This document shows, one piece after another, positions 36,839 to 44,731 of a stretch of DNA of 64,000 nt. The stretch spans positions 163,777 to 227,776 of the forward strand of contig JANQSD010000022.1 in NCBI GenBank assembly GCA_028284225.1. The letters are read 5' to 3'. The stretch comes from Arenicellales bacterium. Its GTDB lineage: Bacteria; Pseudomonadota; Gammaproteobacteria; Arenicellales; JAHEKD01. Positions within the stretch are counted from its first letter, which is position 1. Each line of letters opens with the position of its first letter. The position numbers and the translations under genes were made by a program. The notes under the pieces were generated by a model that saw only the letters and a list, made by a program, of their open reading frames with translations, did not search any database and was not told the DNA's origin.

Positions 36839-37867
36839 TCAAGAAGATTTTTCGGTGCACTGATCAGAGTGCCAAAGCCATTTAGGATATGGCAGGTCTT
36901 TTTCCTGCAGAAATTCAGGATTGAACAGTTTGCTTTGATAACGAGTGCCCGAATCACAAAGTAAGGTAACGATAGTTTTGCCAGGGCCGAGTTGTTGTCC
37001 CATTTTGATTGCACCGGCTACATTAATCCCGCTGGAGCCACCCAGGCATAATCCTTCTTCTTTAAGTAGATCAAAGACAATGGGTAGTGCCTCTTCATCC
37101 GGGATTTGAAATGCATCATCAATCGGTGCATCTTCAAGGTTGGCGGTAATGCGACTTTGTCCGATTCCTTCAGTAATCGATGTACCCTCGGCCTTGAGTT
37201 CGCCGTTTTTGAAGTATTCGTATAAAGATGCCCCCATGGGGTCACTGATTGCGGTCACAATATTTGGGTTTTTCTGCTTAAGATAGATACTGACACCAGC
37301 TAATGTACCACCGGTCCCAACGGCACAGGTAAATCCATCGATCTTGCCGTCAGTCTGTTGCCAGATTTCAGGGCCGGTAGAAACCACATGGCCATCTCGA
37401 TTAGCAACGTTATCAAATTGGTTAGCCCATACAGCGCCATTAGGTTCGTTAGCAGCGAGTTCATCAGCGAGACGGCCGGAGACTTTAATGTAATTATTAT
37501 CATCCCGATAAGGTGCCGGCGGGACTTCTCTTAAATCAGCGCCGCATAAGCGCAGCATGTCCTTTTTTTCATTCGACTGAGAGTCGGGAATGACAATTAC
37601 GGTTTTGTAACCCTTTGCGTTAGCGACTAATGCCAGACCAATACCGGTGTTACCGGCTGTACCTTCAACTACAGTACCTCCTGGTTTGAGTAAGCCTTTG
37701 GCTTCGGCGTCCTCGATAATATATTTGGCTGCCCGATCTTTAACCGAACCACCAGGGTTGAGAAATTCCGCCTTGCCCAGAATAGTACAACCTGTTATTT
37801 CCGAAGCTTTTTTGAGCTTAATTAAAGGTGTATTGCCAATGCTGTCTATAAAGCCGTCACGAATCAT
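36839..37867 (-). CDS. Cysteine synthase / beta-substituted alanine synthase family PLP enzyme (CysK/CBS-like)
   Basis: IGNTPLIKL, NPGGSVKDRAA (PLP-Lys) and GTAGNTGIGLA. Confidence 0.85.
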   Translation of the reverse strand: MIRDGFIDSIGNTPLIKLKKASEITGCTILGKAEFLNPGGSVKDRAAKYIIEDAEAKGLLKPGGTVVEGTAGNTGIGLALVANAKGYKTVIVIPDSQSNEKKDMLRLCGADLREVPPAPYRDDNNYIKVSGRLADELAANEPNGAVWANQFDNVANRDGHVVSTGPEIWQQTDGKIDGFTCAVGTGGTLAGVSIYLKQKNPNIVTAISDPMGASLYEYFKNGELKAEGTSITEGIGQSRITANLEDAPIDDAFQIPDEEALPIVFDLLKEEGLCLGGSSGINVAGAIKMGQQLGPGKTIVTLLCDSGTRYQSKLFNPEFLQEKDLPYPKWLWHSDQCTEKSS

Positions 37868-38038
37868 TACTGATGTCTCATTTCAATAAAAAGATTATAG
37901 CAGTTGAATTAATTTTCTAAGCTATGTATCTTGAGGTTGTTATCAATAAATTATTATTCGTCATTGTGAGCACTCACCGTGGAGTTTATTCCTGAAATGA
38001 CTTATTTCTTTCGTTCCTTGGTAGTGATGGAAAAACAT

Positions 38039-38374
38039 ATGAAAAAACAATTAAATCTAATACGAGTATTTTTCATCACGGTAATCTCGCTGTTAATGAT
38101 GCATCAGGTCGCCGCCCAAAATCCAGAAAAAGAAATCTGGATCGATGTTCGCACAGTTAAAGAATATCAAAGGGAACATCTGGATGGCGCTGCAAATATT
38201 CCCCATACGCAAATCAGGCAACGGATAGCTGAAATTACAGATAACAAACAAGCTCAGATACATCTATATTGTGTGTCAGGCGTCAGAGCTGAAATTGCTA
38301 AACAGGCATTGCAAAGTATTGGTTATGAAAATGTGATTAACGAAGGAGGCCTTAAAGACTTAGGGGCAAATTAA
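38039..38374 (+). CDS. Rhodanese-domain protein with signal peptide
   Basis: MKKQLNLIRVFFITVISLLMMHQVAAQ leader, WIDVRTVKEY, and active-site loop YCVSGVRA. The start could also be 38027. The stop overlaps the nthA start (TAATG). Confidence 0.8.
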   Translation: MKKQLNLIRVFFITVISLLMMHQVAAQNPEKEIWIDVRTVKEYQREHLDGAANIPHTQIRQRIAEITDNKQAQIHLYCVSGVRAEIAKQALQSIGYENVINEGGLKDLGAN

Positions 38375-39018
38375 TGAGTTCACACGATCCGGATAAAGTA
38401 AAAGATTTATATCATACACTTCACTCTCATCTTCCCAGCGAACCGGCATTGCGGGTTAAAACAATTGAAAACCTGCTGGTTGAAAAAGGTTATCTGGATC
38501 AGCAGACCATAGACAACTGGATTGAAGTTTATAGTGAAGATATTGGACCCAAACGAGGCGCCCAGGTGATTGCCAGAGCCTGGCTTGACCAGGAATTTAA
38601 ACAGCGTTTGTTAACCGATGCCTCGGAGGCTATTGATGATTATGGCTTTTTAGGCAAGGCCACTGCCCATCTAAAAGCGCTGGAAAACACGGATAGTGTT
38701 CATAATCTAGTTGTTTGCACCTTGTGCTCATGTTACCCATTTTCATTGCTGGGCATGGCGCCCAACTGGTACAAGACGGCCGCTTATCGCTCTCGAGCCG
38801 TCAGAGAACCCAGGGCTGTATTAAAGGAATTCGGTGTGGACCTGGATGATCAAGTTGAAGTCAGGGTTTATGACAGCACCGCGGAACTGCGTTATCTGGT
38901 TATCCCCCAGCGTCCACTCGGGACTGAGGATTACTCGCAGCAGCAACTGGCCGGCTTAGTCACCCGAAATTCCATGATTGGGACCGATCGCGATTTAGCA
39001 AAAAATATGGGGGGTTAA
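38374..39018 (+). CDS. nthA: Nitrile hydratase alpha subunit, cobalt type
   Basis: Metal claw VCTLCSCYP (Co-type Thr/Tyr variant), followed by WYK...YRSRAVREPR. Confidence 0.9.
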   Translation: MSSHDPDKVKDLYHTLHSHLPSEPALRVKTIENLLVEKGYLDQQTIDNWIEVYSEDIGPKRGAQVIARAWLDQEFKQRLLTDASEAIDDYGFLGKATAHLKALENTDSVHNLVVCTLCSCYPFSLLGMAPNWYKTAAYRSRAVREPRAVLKEFGVDLDDQVEVRVYDSTAELRYLVIPQRPLGTEDYSQQQLAGLVTRNSMIGTDRDLAKNMGG

Positions 39019-39019
39019 T

Positions 39020-39670
39020 ATGGACGGCATACATGACTTAGGCGGCAAACAAGGTTACGGCAAGATCGATGTCGATGAAGCAGAACAAGCTTTTCATGCC
39101 CGATATGAAGGTGTAGGCTGGACCATTAATCAGACCACCAGAGCGCCGGGTATGAGTATCGACTGGTGGCGCCATATTCGAGAATTAACACCACCGGTTG
39201 ATTATTTAACCAGGCCTTATTTCGATCAATGGGCGATGACTCAGCTGATCGCCATGATCGATACCGGCCAGTTAAATCTGGACGAGGTTTTAAGCGGTGA
39301 CATTACACCTTTGCATGCATCACCACCAGGCATGAGTATTGCTGATGTTCACCGGGCCACTCAAAAAGCCGGGGTTCGTTTTGATCGCGACGTTGAACAA
39401 TCCCCGAAATTTTCTGTAGGTGATCAAATTACTACTCGTTGTTATTCCGTCTCAGGCCACACTCGACTGCCAGGCTATGCCCAGGGCAAAATAGGTATCA
39501 TACATGAGCGTCATGGTGCTCATTTATTTCCGGATGCTTGTGCACAAGGCGATGAACGCGCCGAGCATCTATATTCGGTCAAATTCAACAGCCAAACACT
39601 CTGGCCCGAAGACAAACAAACGAATAACTGGATTTATATAGATTTATGGGAGAGTTATTTTGTCGATTAA
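39020..39670 (+). CDS. nthB: Nitrile hydratase beta subunit
   Basis: MDGIHDLGG start, 216 aa, placed directly after the alpha subunit. Confidence 0.85.
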   Translation: MDGIHDLGGKQGYGKIDVDEAEQAFHARYEGVGWTINQTTRAPGMSIDWWRHIRELTPPVDYLTRPYFDQWAMTQLIAMIDTGQLNLDEVLSGDITPLHASPPGMSIADVHRATQKAGVRFDRDVEQSPKFSVGDQITTRCYSVSGHTRLPGYAQGKIGIIHERHGAHLFPDACAQGDERAEHLYSVKFNSQTLWPEDKQTNNWIYIDLWESYFVD

Positions 39671-40025
39671 TGAATCGGATAAAACAATAAAGACATCCTT
39701 GCAACCATTTTTGCGTGACCAAGACCAACCTGTTTTTGATGAACAATGGCAAGTCCAGGCGCTGGGTATGGCGGACTTGCTAATCCAATCAGGACTGATC
39801 AGTGCAAATGAATGGTCACAAACTTTAGGCAAGCATCTTAAGCATTTGCAAACAACCGATGCAGATCAACTGCAAAGTTATTACCAGGCCGTGCTCAATG
39901 CACTTGAAGAGCTGATTCAGCAGCAAGAGCTGTTAACCGACAGCCAGATTAATTACCGTGAGCAGGCCTGGAAAGACGCTTACCTTTCAACGCCGCACGG
40001 CCAACCGGTCAAATTAGCAGATTAA
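39660..40025 (+). CDS. Nitrile hydratase accessory (activator/metallochaperone, P14K-like) protein
   Basis: 121 aa, overlaps the nthB stop. PVFDEQWQVQALGMA resembles the beta-subunit-like segment of NHase activators. Position matches P. putida-type clusters. Confidence 0.65.
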   Translation: MSINESDKTIKTSLQPFLRDQDQPVFDEQWQVQALGMADLLIQSGLISANEWSQTLGKHLKHLQTTDADQLQSYYQAVLNALEELIQQQELLTDSQINYREQAWKDAYLSTPHGQPVKLAD

Positions 40026-40234
40026 TCATCGGAGTCAAAACAGTGAAAAAACTTTTAGCCCCAATATTGGCTTTTGTATCAATCCTAGTTATGGCACATC
40101 AGCCGTTAAGCGGCATGCCCATTGCGGCAGTTGGTATGGGTTAACAATCATTAGTGGCACGTAATATTGAAGTCAAAGCCCGTGTTAATGACATAAACAA
40201 ACACATTACACTGGCTATGAGTGAACGCTGATGT

Positions 40235-40270
40235 GGATTGCCACAGTCACTTCGCTCCTTCGCAATGACG
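40235..40270 (-). repeat. A-family hairpin repeat, reverse orientation (GGATTGC...GCAATGACG)
   Basis: GGATTGCCACAGTCACTTCGCTCCTTCGCAATGACG. Confidence 0.6.
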
Positions 40271-40316
40271 ATAATGGAACTGCCATGCCACTGCAACACA
40301 GCATAGCCTCTACCTT

Positions 40317-40344
40317 CGTCATTGCGAGCTTAGCGAAGCAATCC
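40317..40344 (+). repeat. A-family hairpin repeat (CGTCATTGCGAGCTTAGCGAAGCAATCC)
   Basis: Conserved CGTCATTGC...GCAATCC ends, 64 nt upstream of the GIY-YIG start. Confidence 0.65.
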
Positions 40345-40407
40345 ACTAAGTGTGTGTAATGGTAATATCTATCAGTCACTAATCACTCTAAAAGGACATC
40401 AAGGACG

Positions 40408-40695
40408 ATGAAATAACCCTGTGTTTATATTTTAACTAATACAAGGAATGGAACACTTTACACTGGTGTTACAAGCAATTTATCTCATAGAATTTATCAA
40501 CACAAGAATCATCTTATCGACGGTTTTACCAAAAAATACAACATTACTAAACTTGTATGGTATGAACTGGCAGACGATATGTGCTCGGCAATCACACGCG
40601 AAAAACAAATTAAAGCGGGTTCTCGCAAGAAGAAGTTAGAGTTAATTCAGAAAATGAATCCGTATTGGGAAGATTTATATAAAGAAATCTTGTGA
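40408..40695 (+). pseudogene. GIY-YIG nuclease family gene (UPF0213/COG2827 type) with an in-frame TAA at codon 3
   Basis: My translation in frame 1: MK*PCVYILTNTRNGTLYTGVTSNLSHRIYQHKNHLIDGFTKKYNITKLVWYELADDMCSAITREKQIKAGSRKKKLELIQKMNPYWEDLYKEIL. The track ORF 40448..40639 is a different frame of the same DNA. Confidence 0.65.
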
Positions 40696-40696
40696 T

Positions 40697-40773
40697 GGAT
40701 TGTCGTAGTCTTTCATTACTTTCCTACTTTATACCCAAGGGTGTTTGTACCCGTGAAGGTGTTCGTAATGACG
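40697..40773 (-). repeat. A-family-like repeat, reverse orientation with a long spacer (GGATTGTCGTAGTC...GTTCGTAATGACG)
   Basis: Begins 2 nt after the GIY-YIG stop codon and has the conserved GGATTG and AATGACG ends. Confidence 0.45.
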
Positions 40774-40802
40774 TGTAGAGATATCTTTTTAAAAGATAAA
40801 AT

Positions 40803-42167
40803 TCAAACAGTAGGAGCGTAAACCTTAGCGTTTGACGAGTAGTGCTGTAGTTTTGATCGCAATCTAACGCCTGCCAGGATTACTAATAAACAAGACGAGA
40901 GCAGGATGCAAAACCATATCCAGGTGAAAGGGGTTTGGGTGTTGTAGGTGGCCCAGTATGCAAGCGGCCCTGCGATTATCCAGTAGCTAAACAAGGCGCA
41001 GATGGAAGGGTAAGCTGTGTCTAACATGCCGTGTAATGATTCTATGACGATCAGGAAACAGGCATCGACAAATAATGCTATCACGGCAATCCAGATCACA
41101 CTTTCGGCGAGGAAAATGGTGGTTTGATTTGAATCCAGTGTTTCATCGAGGAACATGAAAATCCATTGTTCACCAAAAATACTTAACATTAATGCGAACG
41201 GTAATGTGCAAGCTAAAATAATCATCAGTCCGGATTTCACCGCCAGCAGAATTTGTGAATAGTTTTTGGCGCCTATGTATTTTCCGATGATAATAGCAAC
41301 GGCCATACTAATCCCGGTATTGAATAAGTAAGAGGTTCCGATGGCATTAAATAAGATTTGATGGGCGGCCTGTTCATCTGCACCCAATGTCCCGGCTAAC
41401 AGGTTTGTACCTGAAAAAAATGCTTCTTCCATCAACAGTGTCAGACCTATGGGTAAGCTGACCCAAAATAGTTTCACCAATCCCTTGTCAGTCCAAACCT
41501 GCTTTTGAATAACGTTAAAAAGATAACAGGTTCTATGGTTGCCAACGTTGACTAACATCAAGCATAAAAGAACGATGTTGGAAATCAGGCTGGCCAAACC
41601 AATTCCGGAAATTCCCATCTTTGGAAAGCCGAAATTACCGTAGGCTAGGCAGTAATTCAGGACAGTATTTAAGATCAATGCAAAAATTACAGGTCCGACG
41701 CTGGCCCAGGGCCGGTCTATAACAGCAAAGTAGCCACGAAACAAAATTACAATCGAATGAATGGGTAAGGTCCAGGCAAACCAGTGCAAATATTCCTCGC
41801 ACAATGCCACAACCTCAGGCTTTTGGTCTAGTTTCAACAGTATTGGAGAAATATTTAAAAGAACTAAAGAAAACAGAACCCCAAAAAACAGGCAAAGGAT
41901 AATGCCATGCCTAAAACAATCAAGCATACCGGTTTCATTTTCAGCACCCAGAGCTTGACCTGCGCGAATACTGCTGCCGACTTCAAATCCAATCAACAGC
42001 AACAAGAATATATAAAACGCACTTCCCGCCAGGGAAATAGCTGCCAGTTCAATGTATCCGATGTTTCCTGCGAACAAGGAGTCGACCATGATAATGATCA
42101 TTTGGATCACAAGCGTTAAGCTTAGCGGCAAGCCCAGGCGCCAGATTAGTTTTAAGTTTGCAAGCAT
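40803..42167 (-). CDS. MATE family efflux transporter
   Basis: 454 aa with about 12 hydrophobic segments and a MATE-like N-terminus (LPLSLTLVIQMIIIMVDSLFAG). Confidence 0.85.
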   Translation of the reverse strand: MLANLKLIWRLGLPLSLTLVIQMIIIMVDSLFAGNIGYIELAAISLAGSAFYIFLLLLIGFEVGSSIRAGQALGAENETGMLDCFRHGIILCLFFGVLFSLVLLNISPILLKLDQKPEVVALCEEYLHWFAWTLPIHSIVILFRGYFAVIDRPWASVGPVIFALILNTVLNYCLAYGNFGFPKMGISGIGLASLISNIVLLCLMLVNVGNHRTCYLFNVIQKQVWTDKGLVKLFWVSLPIGLTLLMEEAFFSGTNLLAGTLGADEQAAHQILFNAIGTSYLFNTGISMAVAIIIGKYIGAKNYSQILLAVKSGLMIILACTLPFALMLSIFGEQWIFMFLDETLDSNQTTIFLAESVIWIAVIALFVDACFLIVIESLHGMLDTAYPSICALFSYWIIAGPLAYWATYNTQTPFTWIWFCILLSSCLLVILAGVRLRSKLQHYSSNAKVYAPTV

Positions 42168-42279
42168 AGACTCAGTCGGTCATTAAAAGCTCAGCTGAAT
42201 GACAGCCTTGTTTTTATTGACATGCATTATAGCTTTATGACTCTAAAGATAGTGAGCGATTAATTTACAGAGTTTACGG

Positions 42280-43749
42280 TTACGTCGAATTATCAGTTTT
42301 ATCAACAGGATCAATGGGTGTGAGTTTGACACTCCCCAGCACATCTTCAATGACTTTAGCTGCGGCAAGCAGCTTTGCTTCCCCACGCGGCGGACCGATT
42401 AACTGCATGCCGACCGGCATATATGAGTTAGTAAACCCAACCGGTATTGAGATAGAAGGCAGCGATGTTGTGGTTGATAAAAATGAAAACCGTAGCCAAT
42501 CAATATAATCTTCAACAACTTCACCGTCGACGGAAGGTGGGAATTCCTGTTTGACTAGTCCCGGTTCTAAACCTACAACCGGACAAGCAAGGACATCATA
42601 AATTTCAAGAAAATCACACATTGAGTGATACAGCGTTGTGCGATTACGATAAGCATCATAAATATTATCAAGCTCCAGTCGTTGCCCAAATTCTACATTT
42701 TTCTTAAGGGTTTGTTTAAAGTGAGCTTGAATATGTTCAGGCATTCTGCCGTTTACTGCACCATAGTAAATACCGCGTAGCACTTTATAAGTCATATTAA
42801 GATGATCAATCCTTGGGCAATCTTCTTCAACCTTAACACCTGCGCCTTCGGTTTTAAGCAAAGCCTGGCGCAGTACTGTATCGATTTCATTTTCAACCGG
42901 TGCAAAACCATTCAAGTCAGGACTGTAGGCGATGCGAATTTTAGAATCAGCTTCGATCACCGCTCGTTGGAACGAATCGATAGGGGCTTCGAGTGACAAA
43001 GGGTAGCGGGGATTAAAGGCTGTCATTGAATCAAGAAACAATGCGGCATCTTGCACTGTTCTTGCCATTGGTCCGGAAACCGCTTCCATCAAAAATGCAG
43101 TGGGCGATCTGCCGGCACTGACTCGACCAGGAGATGGTCTCAGTCCAACCACACCGCAATAAGCGGCGGGTGTTCTGAGTGAACCGGCCAGATCGGAGCC
43201 ATGGCTTAACCATACTTCACCACTGGCTAAAGAGGCGGCAGCACCCCCGGAAGAACCGCCTGCATTTTTAGATATGTCCCAGGGGTTTCGGGTCATCCCG
43301 AATACCTCATTAAATGTATTACCACCGGCGCCAAACTCGGGTGTATTGGTTTTACCAATAATTGTCGCGCCACGGCTTTCGAGTAGTTCGACCAATGGAT
43401 CGGAGACTTCAGCGACGTTGTCCTTTAATGCAATATTGCCAAAGGTTGTACGCACATCCTTGACATCATTTAAATCTTTGATACCGATAGGCAGACCAGC
43501 AAGCCAACCCGAATGTGAGCCATTTTTTTGTTGTTGCTGCCCCAGGTTCAATATGGAATCTCTTGCCCGCTGCTCACAAGTTATAGGCATTGCATTTATT
43601 TTTGGCTCGACCTGATTTAAGCGGCTCAAACTTGCTGTTACCAACTCATCTGCTGATATTTCTCCTTTCACTAATAAGCGAACGACTTGATGAGCTTCCA
43701 GACTACATAATTCCGGGCCGCTAAAAGATGGTGTGGTTGTATTTTTCAT
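42280..43749 (-). CDS. Amidase (amidase-signature family)
   Basis: AS signature GGSSGGAAASLASGE with the upstream Lys context (GIKD). Confidence 0.85.
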   Translation of the reverse strand: MKNTTTPSFSGPELCSLEAHQVVRLLVKGEISADELVTASLSRLNQVEPKINAMPITCEQRARDSILNLGQQQQKNGSHSGWLAGLPIGIKDLNDVKDVRTTFGNIALKDNVAEVSDPLVELLESRGATIIGKTNTPEFGAGGNTFNEVFGMTRNPWDISKNAGGSSGGAAASLASGEVWLSHGSDLAGSLRTPAAYCGVVGLRPSPGRVSAGRSPTAFLMEAVSGPMARTVQDAALFLDSMTAFNPRYPLSLEAPIDSFQRAVIEADSKIRIAYSPDLNGFAPVENEIDTVLRQALLKTEGAGVKVEEDCPRIDHLNMTYKVLRGIYYGAVNGRMPEHIQAHFKQTLKKNVEFGQRLELDNIYDAYRNRTTLYHSMCDFLEIYDVLACPVVGLEPGLVKQEFPPSVDGEVVEDYIDWLRFSFLSTTTSLPSISIPVGFTNSYMPVGMQLIGPPRGEAKLLAAAKVIEDVLGSVKLTPIDPVDKTDNST

Positions 43750-43752
43750 TAT

Positions 43753-44517
43753 TTATGAATCATTTGTTATGTCAGTTTGGAATCTGGTTATCCATTCCCG
43801 GCTGTCACTGTTGGCTAATTTCGCGGTTCTGGGTTCAACAGCTGCAGCGATGGTTGGGTCCAGGCCAAGCGACGATAAGATGGTTGCGATGACAACCTGG
43901 GGTTCGACAGAAAGCGCCTCATAGCTAATATGCAACGGCTGGATGTCCTGTTCATCAAACCATCTCATCCATGCTTCATCATGTTGCTTTAATTCAGCGA
44001 TATATTTTGAGAGTTCGCTAGAATCATAAACCGGGGTTTCCGCCGACTTGAGGCGCTCTCGTTCAGTGCCATCGGCGTTGACATGCCACAAACCCGACTG
44101 TTCCGCTTTCAGCAGGGACACAGCCTGGGCAATCTTGTCTTCTCGCGTCAGATGCAAATACAGTGATGTTCCAAAGGCTGATTGAAAACGAGCACTGTCG
44201 CTTGGTAGATTCGGATAAATTGCATTTAGCCGCTTGCAGAGGCTGTCAAGATTCTCCCACATTAAACGCATGCCGAAAACAGAAGTCCCATTGGTTCCAT
44301 ATTGGTGCACGGCTGATAAATAAGATCGGTCGAATTCATCCTTTTTATTCCAGTTCGCGGCCGACAAATTGAAGTAACCTGCCCAATCAAAGACTTCGAA
44401 ATTGAAAAAGGAATCCGGACGTCCAGCCACCCCGGTGTCAGTGAGAAGATCGCATAACAAGGTGCTGCCGCTTCTGGGAGTTGCACAAATAATATATGAG
44501 TGGGTGTGTTCAAACAT
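43753..44517 (-). CDS. Stf0-family sulfotransferase
   Basis: PAPS-binding loop ICATPRSGSTLLCDLL followed by TGVAGRPDSFF. 254 aa. Its stop lies 3 nt before the amidase start. Confidence 0.75.
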   Translation of the reverse strand: MFEHTHSYIICATPRSGSTLLCDLLTDTGVAGRPDSFFNFEVFDWAGYFNLSAANWNKKDEFDRSYLSAVHQYGTNGTSVFGMRLMWENLDSLCKRLNAIYPNLPSDSARFQSAFGTSLYLHLTREDKIAQAVSLLKAEQSGLWHVNADGTERERLKSAETPVYDSSELSKYIAELKQHDEAWMRWFDEQDIQPLHISYEALSVEPQVVIATILSSLGLDPTIAAAVEPRTAKLANSDSREWITRFQTDITNDS

Positions 44518-44731
44518 TATTGATAGATATAAACGAGTGATGTCAAATGATTATCCGCCACTCTAGAGGCTGATTTGGTGAATTATACCGTTATTCATTA
44601 TCTTTGATGATTATTCATGTCGGTGTCGTCTTTATTAACTTAGCTAACTTTAAGATGCTTCAAGTTAACTCACAAAAGCCTCGTTAAAGTAGAATAATTT
44701 ATTTACTTGAAATTGTAGGCACAAATTACTT

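Noticed and set aside
38374-40025. Alternative reading of the nitrile hydratase genes as a thiocyanate hydrolase, prompted by the adjacent rhodanese.
   Set aside because: Thiocyanate hydrolase has its beta-equivalent split into two subunits, giving three structural genes. Here a single 216-aa beta follows alpha, with a P14K-like accessory gene, as in Co-type nitrile hydratases. Activity on thiocyanate cannot be excluded from sequence alone.
40146-40172. A sigma-54-like TGGCAC-n5-ATTGA sequence downstream of the nitrile hydratase cluster.
   Set aside because: The -12 element does not match TTGC(A/T), and no suitably placed downstream gene or enhancer-binding protein is present.
40448-40639. 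Track ORF of 63 aa (MEHFTLVLQAIYLIEF...).
   Set aside because: It is the wrong reading frame of the GIY-YIG gene. Frame 1 of the same DNA gives a canonical GIY-YIG sequence (YILTN..NGTLYTGVTSNL..R..QH).
10734-40773. The A-family hairpins as a possible CRISPR array.
   Set aside because: The copies are kilobases apart and in both orientations. Their cores are variable and there is no regular repeat-spacer periodicity. No cas genes are present.
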